Positions 36,285 to 46,859 are shown, numbered from the stretch's first letter. The stretch: DNA of 64,000 nt from Patescibacteria group bacterium (GCA_035479875.1 DATIIH010000013.1:37089-101088), one strand, 5' to 3'. Notes: generated by a model from the sequence alone, not told the origin. Numbers and translations: made by a program.

Positions 36285-37592
36285 ATGCAAAATATCCAAT
36301 ACGTCAAAAATATGATTAAAGGTATCGGCAGCTTTACGGCGCTGAGCCTGGTAGCTTCGTTTTGCAACTTTTTGTTTAACTTTGCACTGATTCGTTTATT
36401 GAGCGTTCAAGAGTTCCGCGACCTCACATTGGCCAACAACATGATTAACGTATTCGGCAACTTATTTGTGGCGCTTAACATTATTAGCATCGCCGTCTTC
36501 TACGTTTCTAAGGAGCGTCAGGCCGATATCATCCGCGCCTGCCAAAAGATTATTTATGTGCTGTACATCTTGTTGCTGGCTGGCTGTGTTATTTTTAGCG
36601 GGCAGCTCGAGCGGCGCACAGGGCTACACGACCGCGTGGTGCTCGACCTTACCCTGGCGGTCATCTTTTGCAGCATCCCGGTGATGGTCTTAAACGCCAT
36701 TTACCTGGGCACGGGGCGGTTTACCAAATCTGCGGTGCTCAACGTAAGTTTGGCATTTGGGCGGCTAGTGCTTGGTGCTATCGGCGCGGCGCTACTTACT
36801 ACACACAAAGATTTGGCAGCGGTGGGCGGCATTCTCCTAGTATTTGTGGTGGTGTTTGGATTGTTCTCGCTGTTTGAGGATAGCGAGCGGCGGCGCAAAA
36901 ACTTAGAGATGTTTAAACGCATTTGGGCGGCGCCGGTGCATGTTTTGGGACGCCAGCGGCTGCTTTTGACTTCGAGCGTGATGTACGCCATAACGATTAA
37001 CTTTTTGCTCGGCATGGACCTCTTTATGTTTGGCCAGTTCTTTACTAACCAACAGTCGGCCGATTACGCCGCCGTGTCGGTGATTGGCAAGCTAATTTTC
37101 TTTGCCCTGGCGCCGGTGTCGATTTATTTAGCCGCCAAGCAACAAGAACTCATCCACAAAAAACCGCGCCTGGCGCTTAAAGCTTCACTGGCCGTCGACG
37201 TAGCGATTGTAGTTGCAGCTGGAGTGCTGTGGCTGGTACCGCACGGCTTTATTAGCCTGCTCGTGCACCGGCCAGCGGGCATTAACGTGGGGTATCTGGA
37301 CTTATCAATTCTGTTTAATGCCGCGGTAGTGCTTACCAACCACCAGATTATCGAAGGTATCGTTGGCAAGCGGCAGCGCCTGGTGATCGTCACGGCTTTG
37401 GGATTACTGATAGTCAACGGCGGGCTGTTCTTTTTCTTTCGCACCATTGCCCACGGTGTTCATGGCCACTCCACTGCCAGCTTAGCTTTAGGCATACCAG
37501 CAGTAGCAATGGCGCTCGCCTCGCTGGTGCTCTTTGTATCGACACATCTTCAAAAACGAGCTAGCGTAGCCACTGCTTCACCCGGTGCATAG
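36285..37592 (+). CDS. Oligosaccharide flippase-like (Wzx/MATE-type) membrane protein
   Basis: About 12 TM helices, LGMDLFM..QFF...SADYAAVSVIGKLIFF. Start trimmed. Confidence 0.7.
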   Translation: MQNIQYVKNMIKGIGSFTALSLVASFCNFLFNFALIRLLSVQEFRDLTLANNMINVFGNLFVALNIISIAVFYVSKERQADIIRACQKIIYVLYILLLAGCVIFSGQLERRTGLHDRVVLDLTLAVIFCSIPVMVLNAIYLGTGRFTKSAVLNVSLAFGRLVLGAIGAALLTTHKDLAAVGGILLVFVVVFGLFSLFEDSERRRKNLEMFKRIWAAPVHVLGRQRLLLTSSVMYAITINFLLGMDLFMFGQFFTNQQSADYAAVSVIGKLIFFALAPVSIYLAAKQQELIHKKPRLALKASLAVDVAIVVAAGVLWLVPHGFISLLVHRPAGINVGYLDLSILFNAAVVLTNHQIIEGIVGKRQRLVIVTALGLLIVNGGLFFFFRTIAHGVHGHSTASLALGIPAVAMALASLVLFVSTHLQKRASVATASPGA

Positions 37593-38529
37593 CCGGTGTG
37601 CCGGTGTAGAGTGAACGATCGATGGCGGCCGTGAGCATCAAGCCGGTAACAAGTAGCGCATAGGCGCTCACGGCAATGCCGTAGTCACCAAGGCCAAAGC
37701 TATAAATCTGCTGCAGGGCACCTGGCAAGAAGATACTCGTGGCGTAGCGGTGCACTAGGAACACGACGGCTAAAAGGCCAACACCCAAAAACGTATAAAA
37801 GATGCGCAGGCCACGGAACTGTGGGCTGCGCTCGGTGCGCAGTAGCATCGTAGCCCATAGTCCGCGCAACACAACCAGGCCAACAACAACGACTACCCAA
37901 ACGCTGACGGTTGGCGCTCCCAAAACCTCAGGCAAGCCAAACGAATACGGCAGCGCATGCATCACGCCGTAGGTGAATAGCGGCGTTGCCACCACCAATA
38001 CCAGCACCTTAGCAGTAAAGAGCACGAACACACGCCGCGAAACGCGCTCCAATATGGCGTGCCACAGTACGCGTGCCACCAACGCTAGGCCAAACACCAG
38101 TAGCACCGGCTTTGCATTATCGCCTACACCAGCCAGCAGGCCCACAGTAATCACCACGGCCGCAATGGCCGCTAGCTTGCCTTTGGTAAGGAAGTATTCT
38201 TGCACCGCAGCCAACACGGCGGCATATATGCTCACCAGCCACAGCCCACGTAACGAGAATGTCGAACACAGAGCAAGCGCCAAAGCCACCGTAAACAGCG
38301 AGGCTACACGCGAGGCGCCGGCGCTTAGAAGCAGCTTGAGCGCCAAACCAACAAACACCAACGCAGCCAGCAATCGCCAACCGTAATCACCGGCCGTCGT
38401 CGCGCCATTGGCCGACCAACACACCGCAACTACTATCGCAACCAGGCCAGCAGTCGGCATCGACAAATCTACCCGGGCGTGCGCTTGGTCCAGTTCGAAG
38501 AACGATGACAGTACCTTTGTGAACTTCAT
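37561..38529 (-). CDS. Hypothetical polytopic membrane protein
   Basis: About 10 hydrophobic segments. Confidence 0.65.
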   Translation of the reverse strand: MKFTKVLSSFFELDQAHARVDLSMPTAGLVAIVVAVCWSANGATTAGDYGWRLLAALVFVGLALKLLLSAGASRVASLFTVALALALCSTFSLRGLWLVSIYAAVLAAVQEYFLTKGKLAAIAAVVITVGLLAGVGDNAKPVLLVFGLALVARVLWHAILERVSRRVFVLFTAKVLVLVVATPLFTYGVMHALPYSFGLPEVLGAPTVSVWVVVVVGLVVLRGLWATMLLRTERSPQFRGLRIFYTFLGVGLLAVVFLVHRYATSIFLPGALQQIYSFGLGDYGIAVSAYALLVTGLMLTAAIDRSLYTGTPAMHRVKQWLR

Positions 38530-38567
38530 AATAGTCTATAAATATTCTATACTAACAACCGTACCGT

Positions 38568-39704
38568 ATGAAAATATTTGTAGAAGCGCACACTTTATTA
38601 CAGAACCGCAGCGGCGTAGGTTGGTTTGCCTACGGATTAAGCGAAGGACTGCAAGCTCACCTTAAAGCCGGTGACAGCCTGAGTCTCCTCACCCATCCAC
38701 GCGAGCCCATCGACCTCGGCACGCTCCTGGATAACGATCAGACATATCACAAGCCCATCGACTGGCTACCGGCGCGTGCTTACCACAGTCTCAAGTTTCA
38801 TAACCTGATGCCACCGCTCGACCTCCTGTACGGCAAAGGCGTATATATCTTCCCTAACTTTATCCGCTGGCCGTTGGCTCAGGCGCCATCAGTTATCGCT
38901 ATTCACGACCTCAGCATGTACGATTACCCGGAATATTCCTCACCGCAAAACCTGGCCTTTATGACGCGCCACTTTAAGCGCTCGGCCGAACAAGCTGACC
39001 TTATCATGGCCGTATCCGAATTCAGCAAGCGCACGCTCTGCGACCGCCTTAACATCCCCAAAGAGAAAGTAATTGTTACCTACCCAGCCGTGCCCGCTCA
39101 TTACTACGCACGCACCGATGACGAGGTTAGAGCTGCCAAAGCCAAGTACAGCATCTTTGGCAAATATATGATTTTTGTGAGCAACCTGGAGCCGCGCAAA
39201 AACCTGGAGGGCATCATCGCCGCGTACCGTATGCTGCCGGCTAAGCTTAAGCAAGAGGTCAGTCTGGTGCTCGTCGGCGGGCATGGCTGGCGCGACGACG
39301 ACATTCGCAACGCAATTACTGAGGCACGACTGGCCGGCGACCGCGTAATCCAGCCTGGCTACGTTGATGAAGATGATTTGCCCGCGCTATACACGGGAGC
39401 CGAAGCATCAACATATGTCAGCCACTACGAAGGCTTCGGCATTCCGATCCTCGAAGCCATGGCCTGCGGCACGCCAGTGATTGGCGGTGACAACACCGGC
39501 ATGCCGGAATCAGCCGGCAAAGCAGCCATACTGGTTGACTCGCAAGACTTTGACCAAATCAGCCATGCCATGCACGAGCTGCTCACCAAGCCAGCACTGC
39601 GCAACAAACACATCGAAGCCGGTCTTAAGCAAGTCAAAAAATTCGACTGGCAAAAAAGCGCCGGTAAATTGATAGCTGCCCTGCACGAGCAGCACTTAGT
39701 ATAG
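38568..39704 (+). CDS. GT4 glycosyltransferase (WbaZ/MtfB-like)
   Basis: IHDLS, VSNLEPRKN, YEGFGIPILEAMACGTPVI. Confidence 0.9.
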   Translation: MKIFVEAHTLLQNRSGVGWFAYGLSEGLQAHLKAGDSLSLLTHPREPIDLGTLLDNDQTYHKPIDWLPARAYHSLKFHNLMPPLDLLYGKGVYIFPNFIRWPLAQAPSVIAIHDLSMYDYPEYSSPQNLAFMTRHFKRSAEQADLIMAVSEFSKRTLCDRLNIPKEKVIVTYPAVPAHYYARTDDEVRAAKAKYSIFGKYMIFVSNLEPRKNLEGIIAAYRMLPAKLKQEVSLVLVGGHGWRDDDIRNAITEARLAGDRVIQPGYVDEDDLPALYTGAEASTYVSHYEGFGIPILEAMACGTPVIGGDNTGMPESAGKAAILVDSQDFDQISHAMHELLTKPALRNKHIEAGLKQVKKFDWQKSAGKLIAALHEQHLV

Positions 39705-39706
39705 AT

Positions 39707-41878
39707 TTACTCGTCGGCGGGCTGCGCGCCCAGCCCAGTAATATACACGCTGCCGGATGGCGTGCTGCCGATAATCTGCATGCGGACATCATCGCTGCTG
39801 TTCACGTTGTAGATAGCTGCCAGTTGTTGGCCAGGAGTTAGATGGATGGTGTCGATGACATGCCCGCTCTGGCTGAGCACGATGTCGTTGCCCGCGAATG
39901 TAGGCAAACTAGTAATAACAAACGAGATGGTTTTGAGACTACCTTGCTGGTCGCTTACGCCGGGCATTGGCAAAACCCGCAGCAAGCCGAGGCCACTGGT
40001 ATCAAAAGCGAAATTGGTTGTTAAATTGGGCTGAGGCAGGCTGGTGAACCCTGCTTGTGCCACGAGTGCGTACTTGGCGGCCGGAATGTCGCCAGCAATC
40101 TTAAATACATTGACGTCATGCGCATAGCCAGCGTCGCCCACACTCGCGCTGTAGGCCAGCACCAAGCCGGGAGTGCCCACATCGTTAGGGATTTCGTGCG
40201 TCATGATCGCCTGCACGCCAAGCGCTTTGAGCACCGGCAATGTTTGCGGGTCATTAAGTCCCATAATACTGGCGCGCAGCGGCGCTCCAACGGCTGTAAT
40301 GCTGCCGGCATTGATCATCTGTTTGTGATTAACCTGCTGCTCGGTAGTATACAGCGAAGCCTCGCCGGCCGGCTCGTCTACCAACGGGTAATCGGCAATC
40401 ACGGACACATCACGCTGCTGCGCCAGCCAGGTGTTGGCCGACGACAAATTGCCGTAATACCAGATATCATGGCGATGAAACGGATTGAATGACAAATACT
40501 CAAAGAGAGTCACAAAAATGACGAGCGCTAGCAGGCCCCACTGTTTTGCCCGCCCATGCACTGACTTGAGCAAGATCGCCAAGCCGGTGGCTGCTACTGG
40601 CAAAAGCACTACGTCAATCAGCAGCACCAGCCGTGAGTACACCCTCCAGTACTGCACTAGCTTAGACAGCACGCCGGTTGGTAACGGCAGCCGATGGCCG
40701 TGCAGTCGGACATACGGCGGCAATGTCATCACAAAGGCTACGCCGGCAATCAGTAGCAGGATGCCAATGGTCAGCTTGTTTACTCGCGTCTCTTTAAGCT
40801 TTTTAACACCTCGCCGCTTCCAAAAGTAGTACATCGTGTAGATCACCAGCCCCACAAGCACTAGGCCGAGATACATGGTGTACTCCGACGGATTAGAGCC
40901 GTGGGTGTGCGTCGCTCTAAAATTAGTCACCCATGCACCAAATACCGGATGGGTCAGTATCGGCAGCACGTAGTCGTACCAGCGTGCCGTGTAGGCAATC
41001 ACATTGCCAATAAAGTCACCGCGGGCCAACGCCAGCTCGGCGGCAATCTGCGCACCATATACCAGCTTGACGTAGATAATCGGTAGCAGTAAAACCACGG
41101 TTGTGCCGAGCAGCAAGCTCAAGTTAATCAGCAGCGCCTTAAACTCGGCGGCCGTCTGCTTACTGAGCTGCCACAGGCCTTTGCCCATTAAGAACACCAG
41201 TGGCGGGCCCACTAAGATCATGGTAAAGAGTACGTAGTAACCATCGACGTAAAAAGGCACTGCGGTGGCCAGCCCCAAAAGCAACGCGTGTTTGCGTGTG
41301 GGCCGCTCCCAAAAATTAATCAGCTGCCACAGCACATACACAAACACAAAGGTCATCACGTAGCCAATCTGGCCAAAGGCTTTGTACTGGTGCATGGGCA
41401 AGTAGGCAAAGGCCACACCGGCCCACAGCGCCGCCTGACGGCTGTGCGTTACCCGCTTGGCTAAGTAGTACATGCCAACGCCGCAGAGGTAAAACGAAAC
41501 GAGCACCATAAAGTTCCACGCGGCAACTGCGCCCATAATCTTGGTGAATACCCAGAACGGCACTACCAAGAAGAATGACGTAACAAGGTCTGGCCGGAAC
41601 AAGTTCTCGCCGTAAGGATACAGCACCGCATGCGTGGTGCCGCCGAATGGCCCGAGATGCAACGTGCCCAACCAAATCAGCCCGCCAGTGCCATCGCCCC
41701 AAAAACCGTGCACTGCACTGCCAAAATGGAACAAGATTGGGCCCATAAATAGGGCGGCTAGCGCACCAAAGAAGAGGCTGACTACTGCGAACTCGCTGCG
41801 CCGTGGATGGCGCTTGAGCAGTGCCGCCATTTTACTTTTGGTTAACTTTTCAGTATAATATGTAATCTGCTGTTTCAT
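39707..41878 (-). CDS. GT-C/YfhO-like polytopic membrane glycosyltransferase
   Basis: More than 10 TM helices; WGDGTGG, YTARWYDY, RVYSRL, DYPL; extracellular C-terminal domain. Start trimmed to ATG 41878. Confidence 0.7.
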   Translation of the reverse strand: MKQQITYYTEKLTKSKMAALLKRHPRRSEFAVVSLFFGALAALFMGPILFHFGSAVHGFWGDGTGGLIWLGTLHLGPFGGTTHAVLYPYGENLFRPDLVTSFFLVVPFWVFTKIMGAVAAWNFMVLVSFYLCGVGMYYLAKRVTHSRQAALWAGVAFAYLPMHQYKAFGQIGYVMTFVFVYVLWQLINFWERPTRKHALLLGLATAVPFYVDGYYVLFTMILVGPPLVFLMGKGLWQLSKQTAAEFKALLINLSLLLGTTVVLLLPIIYVKLVYGAQIAAELALARGDFIGNVIAYTARWYDYVLPILTHPVFGAWVTNFRATHTHGSNPSEYTMYLGLVLVGLVIYTMYYFWKRRGVKKLKETRVNKLTIGILLLIAGVAFVMTLPPYVRLHGHRLPLPTGVLSKLVQYWRVYSRLVLLIDVVLLPVAATGLAILLKSVHGRAKQWGLLALVIFVTLFEYLSFNPFHRHDIWYYGNLSSANTWLAQQRDVSVIADYPLVDEPAGEASLYTTEQQVNHKQMINAGSITAVGAPLRASIMGLNDPQTLPVLKALGVQAIMTHEIPNDVGTPGLVLAYSASVGDAGYAHDVNVFKIAGDIPAAKYALVAQAGFTSLPQPNLTTNFAFDTSGLGLLRVLPMPGVSDQQGSLKTISFVITSLPTFAGNDIVLSQSGHVIDTIHLTPGQQLAAIYNVNSSDDVRMQIIGSTPSGSVYITGLGAQPADE

Positions 41879-41897
41879 GCTATAATTCACAGGACGT

Positions 41898-42848
41898 ATG
41901 CACAAGAATCACACACTATCGATTGTTATTCCAGTTTACAACGAAAGCGCTAACATTGCTGCACTTTATGACGACCTAGTTGGTGCCATCGGCGACCACG
42001 TTAGTGAATTCATCATGATTAACGACGGCAGCACCGACAATTCCGGAGAGCGCATCAAAGAACTGCAAGCCCGCGACAAACGCGTCCGCATCATCGACTT
42101 TACCCGCAACTTCGGCAAAGAAGCCGCCACCACCGCCGGTTTGTTAGAGGCCACAGGCGAGGCAGTTATTGTCCTCGACGGCGACGGCCAACACCCGGCG
42201 CGTCTGCTGCCACAGTTTATCGACAAATGGCACGAGGGCTACGAAGTGGTTGCCGGACGGCGCATCAGCAACGAAAAAGCCGGCTTTGTTAAGAACACCG
42301 GCTCTGCTTTGTATCACGCGCTGATTCACTTTATCCACGGCCAGGATGCCGAGCCGGGAGACACTGACTTCCGCTTGCTCGACCGCAAAGTTGTGACAGC
42401 CTTTAATGAGCTGCACGACCACAACCGCATGACGCGCTCGCTCGTCAACTGGCTCGGCTTTAAGCAAACCTACGTCGACTTTAAAGCCGACCCCCGTACA
42501 AACGGCCCGGCTGGCTACAGCCTGCGCAAACTCACCCGCCTGGCGCTCGACGGGCTTACCACCACGTCGATGCGACCGCTCCTGTTTTCGTCCCTATTTG
42601 GCGCGGTGGCGTTTATGGTCGGCGTACTGCTCGGCGCTTTTATGATCATCGAGCAGTTTGCCTTTAACGACCCCCTGCACCTCGGCTTTAGCGGCAGCGC
42701 TTACCTGGCCGTATTCATCTTAGTAATGACCAGCCTAATGCTCATGGGCCAAGGCATCCAGGGCATTTACCTGGCCAACATTTACGGCGAGGCGCGTAAC
42801 CGCCCGCTGTATGTGGTGCGCGAAATCACCAAGCCACACGGCAAATAA
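41898..42848 (+). CDS. GT2 polyprenol-phosphate glycosyltransferase (GtrB/DPM-synthase-like)
   Basis: SIVIPVYNE, NDGSTD, RNFGKEAA, DGDGQHP, DFRLLDR; two C-terminal TMs. Confidence 0.92.
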   Translation: MHKNHTLSIVIPVYNESANIAALYDDLVGAIGDHVSEFIMINDGSTDNSGERIKELQARDKRVRIIDFTRNFGKEAATTAGLLEATGEAVIVLDGDGQHPARLLPQFIDKWHEGYEVVAGRRISNEKAGFVKNTGSALYHALIHFIHGQDAEPGDTDFRLLDRKVVTAFNELHDHNRMTRSLVNWLGFKQTYVDFKADPRTNGPAGYSLRKLTRLALDGLTTTSMRPLLFSSLFGAVAFMVGVLLGAFMIIEQFAFNDPLHLGFSGSAYLAVFILVMTSLMLMGQGIQGIYLANIYGEARNRPLYVVREITKPHGK

Positions 42849-42851
42849 TTA

Positions 42852-43223
42852 CTATCCCTGAGGTTCTTCTGTCTGTGGTAGGGGCGGAATCTGCACCGGC
42901 TCTATGCCTATAGCTGCGCTGCGTTCCGCGTCAAAAGGAACACTAGGGTCTAGGTAAGGATTACCGCTATAACCGAGCGCGGCCTTGAGCGCATCTACGG
43001 GGCCAGGGTCGGTGATGCCTGCGTTTACATCGGCAAGGCATTCGCCGTCGACTACCGCTATTCGATGTTGACCGTCCTCACCTGCAATCTCGCGCTGCCT
43101 ATCCTTCCAGCATGCCCCTTTCCCCATAATGCGACAGTACAACATCATATGCGATGTACTCGTGTCACCGGTTCTCGTCAGCACTCTTGCGGTGCATTCT
43201 GCAGTGGATATTTGTCTTGCCAT
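42852..43223 (-). CDS. Small hypothetical protein with four Cys
   Basis: 123-aa ORF with an AAGGA SD. Confidence 0.5.
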   Translation of the reverse strand: MARQISTAECTARVLTRTGDTSTSHMMLYCRIMGKGACWKDRQREIAGEDGQHRIAVVDGECLADVNAGITDPGPVDALKAALGYSGNPYLDPSVPFDAERSAAIGIEPVQIPPLPQTEEPQG

Positions 43224-43242
43224 AGATTCCTTATATCATTTT

Positions 43243-43671
43243 CTACGCTCGATTGCCAGCAACGTAGCCAATGAGAATGTCATAGGTAATGGGTGCCGTT
43301 TCGGCTTCCGCGATTTCGTTGGGCGATTTGAGTCGGTAGCCTTGGCCTTGGCGCACGGTGATCTTGGTTGGGTCGACGGGCACCGTGGCCACAAACACGT
43401 GCGAGCCGCCGGCGTCGGTGTGCCGCGCCGGGTCTTTTATAAAATGCGTGTAAAACGTGAGGTTTTCTTTGGGCCGTACGAGCGTTGTTTCTTCGCGCAG
43501 GGTACGCACCGCAGCATCAAGAGGTTCTTCGCCGTCCTGGATACGCGAGGCAAAAAGCGACAATTTGCCGGGGTCAACAATCTCCGGCTTATCGTCGCGC
43601 AGCTGCAAAATAAACCGGCCGTCCAGCGACTTTAAGATGACGCTCGCGAATTCTTTGGGTTGGTCTGCCAT
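43243..43671 (-). CDS. NUDIX hydrolase with degenerate Nudix box
   Basis: ILQLRDDKP..PG...FASRIQDGEEPLDAAVRTLREETTL. Confidence 0.75.
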   Translation of the reverse strand: MADQPKEFASVILKSLDGRFILQLRDDKPEIVDPGKLSLFASRIQDGEEPLDAAVRTLREETTLVRPKENLTFYTHFIKDPARHTDAGGSHVFVATVPVDPTKITVRQGQGYRLKSPNEIAEAETAPITYDILIGYVAGNRA

Positions 43672-44807
43672 TTGTCTAGCTTCCTGTCGATATATTTGTG
43701 CTCTAAAAAGTAGTCGACGACGATTTGCGAGGGCGAAACGTCATGCCTAAGCGCTGCAAACTCGCTCTTATCGGGATGGTGCTCTAGGAACTTTACAACT
43801 TTTTTGGTGTCCATGCGCGATATGTCGGCGTTGTGACCCAAGCCCTCGTCGCGCTCGGTTGTGCGGCGGTGGATCATAGTAGGGATGCCAAAAAAGTAAG
43901 CGTCTTCTTGCAGGCCGCCGCCGTCGGTCACGATGTAGTCGGCGTTGCCCACGACGACCATAAAGTCAAAATAGGGCTGCTTAGGAATAACCGTCAGGCC
44001 CGGTTTTTCTAAATAGTGCTGAAATCCGTAGCTATTTATCTTCTGGAGTGTGGTGCTGTGCTCAACAAAGACGACGGGCGTTTTGGGTGAGGCATGGTCG
44101 CGAACTACTTTGAGGATGGCCTCCAGATTGGCTTTGTTTTCGATGAGTTCGGTGCGGTGCAAAAGCACGAGGCAGTACTTTTTGGGCAGCACCAACTTGT
44201 GGAAGTCCTCGCTCACAAACTCGCCGGACATCTCGATGGCGTCTTTGGCGGTATTAAACTGGGTGTTTACGATGTCGCCCTTTACACGCTCGCTGCGCAA
44301 GCTTTGCTCAGCCGTGTTGTTGGGCGGAAAGTGAATGCGGGCAAACTTGGCGGCAATGCGGCGGTCGAGCTCCTCGGGGAAGGGGTTGTTCCAGATGCCG
44401 CTGCGTAGGCCGGCTTCTACGTGCGCGATAGGCAAGCCAAGGAATCGGCCGAGGTATGAGCCCGCCACAGTTGTAAGCGTATCACCATGCACCACGGCCA
44501 CACTTTTGGTGCCGTGCTTGGCGTCGTGGGCCTTAATCTGCCGTTTAATCTTCCAGAATTTGCGAGCAAATCGGGTGTGGGCCACGAGCATCATGACGAG
44601 CATTTGCTTCATCGTTACCACGTCGCCACCACGCCAGCCGTCAGACAAATACACGTCCGGCTCAATACCAATTTGTGGGTGCAATCTAATGAGACCTTTG
44701 CGGTGCTGAGCGGTGCAGATAAAAAACAGCTCGGAGCGAGGAATGCGGCGCACGATGCCAAGCATTTTAATAAGTTCTGCGCTGGTGCCGTAAAAGATAA
44801 CTACCAT
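43632..44807 (-). CDS. wecB: UDP-N-acetylglucosamine 2-epimerase
   Basis: GTSAELIK, TAQH, VHGDT, AHVEAGLRS, FPEE, TDGGGLQEDA. Confidence 0.88.
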   Translation of the reverse strand: MVVIFYGTSAELIKMLGIVRRIPRSELFFICTAQHRKGLIRLHPQIGIEPDVYLSDGWRGGDVVTMKQMLVMMLVAHTRFARKFWKIKRQIKAHDAKHGTKSVAVVHGDTLTTVAGSYLGRFLGLPIAHVEAGLRSGIWNNPFPEELDRRIAAKFARIHFPPNNTAEQSLRSERVKGDIVNTQFNTAKDAIEMSGEFVSEDFHKLVLPKKYCLVLLHRTELIENKANLEAILKVVRDHASPKTPVVFVEHSTTLQKINSYGFQHYLEKPGLTVIPKQPYFDFMVVVGNADYIVTDGGGLQEDAYFFGIPTMIHRRTTERDEGLGHNADISRMDTKKVVKFLEHHPDKSEFAALRHDVSPSQIVVDYFLEHKYIDRKLDKWQTNPKNSRASS

Positions 44808-44809
44808 TA

Positions 44810-46033
44810 TTACTTTGAACCCTTGCGCTCCACGGTCAGTTCGATTGGTGGTGTAATCGGGTACGCGGTCTCTTCGCTTTTACGCACCATTAACAGTTCG
44901 GCTTCGGCCCACCAATCGCAGACGGTGACGCCGTCGCTGCGCTCCACAGTAGCGTTCACAAAGTGCTTGCCGTCGGCCAGAATATTGGGCATTGTCCAGC
45001 GTACGGTGCACGATTCACCCGCCTTTAGACTGTCTAACTTTTGCTTTTTGATAGAAGAGTTGGTACCAAACAGAATGTTATCGGCAGCGTCGCTAATCGA
45101 AAAGCCAGCTACGGGGTTCTCTAGGTCGGTCTCGGCTTTAAAGGTTATGGCGAGGCCGATAGTTTTGTCCTCATCTTTCACGGTCTTTTTGTCGAGCACC
45201 ACTTTGGTAATCGTGGCACTGCCATCGCCCCAGCGTTTTTGCTCGGTGGACTCGGCGCGGGCGGTGAATTCTTCTTCGATAAACAGGCGGGTGTATTCTT
45301 CGGCTACTTGGTCGGCACCGGCGTCGGTTACCAACTTGCCTTTATTGATCAAGATGGCGCGGTCGCAGTATTCGCGTACGGCGGCCATGTCGTGGGTTAC
45401 AAAAATCACTGTCTTCTTTTGCTTTTTAAGTGACTTAAAATAGTCGTAACATTTGCGTTTAAAGTCAGCGTCGCCCACAGCTAATACTTCGTCTACCAGC
45501 AAAATGTCGGCTTTGGCAGTGATCGCCACCGCGAACGCTAAACGCACCTGCATGCCCGACGAATAGTTTTTGAGTTTTTGATCCATAAAACGCTCCAGCT
45601 CGGCAAAGGCCACAATGTCGTCGTACATGGCGCGGACTTCTTTGGTAGAAAAACCCATAAGCGCCCCATTAAGATAGACGTTTTCGCGCCCTGTGAGCTC
45701 CGGTTTAAAGCCTACGCCCAGCTCAATAAACGGTACTAGTTTGCCTTCAATCCGCACCGTGCCTTTACTGGGCTGATAAATACTAGCGAGCATTTTGAGC
45801 ATAGTGCTCTTGCCGCTACCGTTGCGGCCCACAATGCCCACAAACTCGCCGGACTTAATACTAAAATTGACGTCGTGCAGCACGTGCTGCACCTCGACAG
45901 AGTGTTTGCCGGCGGCCCGGCGCACTAGGCTCGTGAACGCTTGCTTAACCGAACCGGCGCGCTGGTGCGGCAATAAAAAGTCTTTGCTGACGTGCTTAAC
46001 GTCGATCACAACCGGCGCAGACATATCGGCCAT
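44810..46033 (-). CDS. wzt: Polysaccharide ABC exporter ATPase with C-terminal Wzt_C domain
   Basis: GRNGSGKST, YSSGMQVRLAF, LVDEVLAVGD, plus a C-terminal Ig-like domain. Confidence 0.92.
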   Translation of the reverse strand: MADMSAPVVIDVKHVSKDFLLPHQRAGSVKQAFTSLVRRAAGKHSVEVQHVLHDVNFSIKSGEFVGIVGRNGSGKSTMLKMLASIYQPSKGTVRIEGKLVPFIELGVGFKPELTGRENVYLNGALMGFSTKEVRAMYDDIVAFAELERFMDQKLKNYSSGMQVRLAFAVAITAKADILLVDEVLAVGDADFKRKCYDYFKSLKKQKKTVIFVTHDMAAVREYCDRAILINKGKLVTDAGADQVAEEYTRLFIEEEFTARAESTEQKRWGDGSATITKVVLDKKTVKDEDKTIGLAITFKAETDLENPVAGFSISDAADNILFGTNSSIKKQKLDSLKAGESCTVRWTMPNILADGKHFVNATVERSDGVTVCDWWAEAELLMVRKSEETAYPITPPIELTVERKGSK

Positions 46034-46034
46034 G

Positions 46035-46859
46035 CTACACCTCCTCCGCAAACGACGGCGCGCGCTTCTTAAACAAACGGATTGCGACTAACAAGGTGAG
46101 CAATACAACCGCAAATGGCAGAGCAGTGATATACCAGTGGTGTGTGATTCCGCTGAGCGTCAATGTTTGCTGTTTAGTCACGACGTCGTAACGGACATCC
46201 TGCATGGCCTGGGCAATTGGGTTAACCAGTAACATTTTAGCCACCACTGGCCAGCGGTCAAACACCAAAGATACCGGATAAATAATGGGCGTGGCGTAAA
46301 ACAGCGCCTGGGCAATCACCTCCCAGATGTAATTAATGTCGCGCAGACGCACAAACACTGTGCCCAATATAGTGCCAATCGATATGCCAAATACAAAAAT
46401 CTCTAGTGCAAACGCCGGTAACCAGAGCATGCTGAGCGTAAACGGCACGTGATTAAACATCAAGAAAATAGTAATGACCACCAGGTTGAGCAGCAAATTG
46501 ATGAGCCCCGCCACAGCCACAGCCAACAAAATGACATATTTAGGGAAGTTGAGCTTACGGATAAGGTCGCGCTGCATCACGATGGAGCTAATCGAGTTCG
46601 ACGTAATCTCCGCAAAAAAGTTCCACAACACAATGCCCATCAACAGATACACCGGATAGTGGGGGATATCGCCGCCGATGCGCAAAAACTTAACAAACAC
46701 GATGTACATGATCACAAACAGGAACAGCGGGCGCAGCAAAGACCACACGTAGCCGAGCACCGACCCCTGGTAGCGCAGCTTAAAATCGGTGAGCACCATC
46801 TGTTTGAGCAGGATCACCGCATAACGGTACCGAGCCTTGATTTTGTGTGCGTAATCCAT
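46035..46859 (-). CDS. wzm: Polysaccharide ABC exporter permease
   Basis: DFKLRYQGSVLGYVWSLLRPL, YATPIIYP, NP. Confidence 0.92.
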   Translation of the reverse strand: MDYAHKIKARYRYAVILLKQMVLTDFKLRYQGSVLGYVWSLLRPLFLFVIMYIVFVKFLRIGGDIPHYPVYLLMGIVLWNFFAEITSNSISSIVMQRDLIRKLNFPKYVILLAVAVAGLINLLLNLVVITIFLMFNHVPFTLSMLWLPAFALEIFVFGISIGTILGTVFVRLRDINYIWEVIAQALFYATPIIYPVSLVFDRWPVVAKMLLVNPIAQAMQDVRYDVVTKQQTLTLSGITHHWYITALPFAVVLLTLLVAIRLFKKRAPSFAEEV

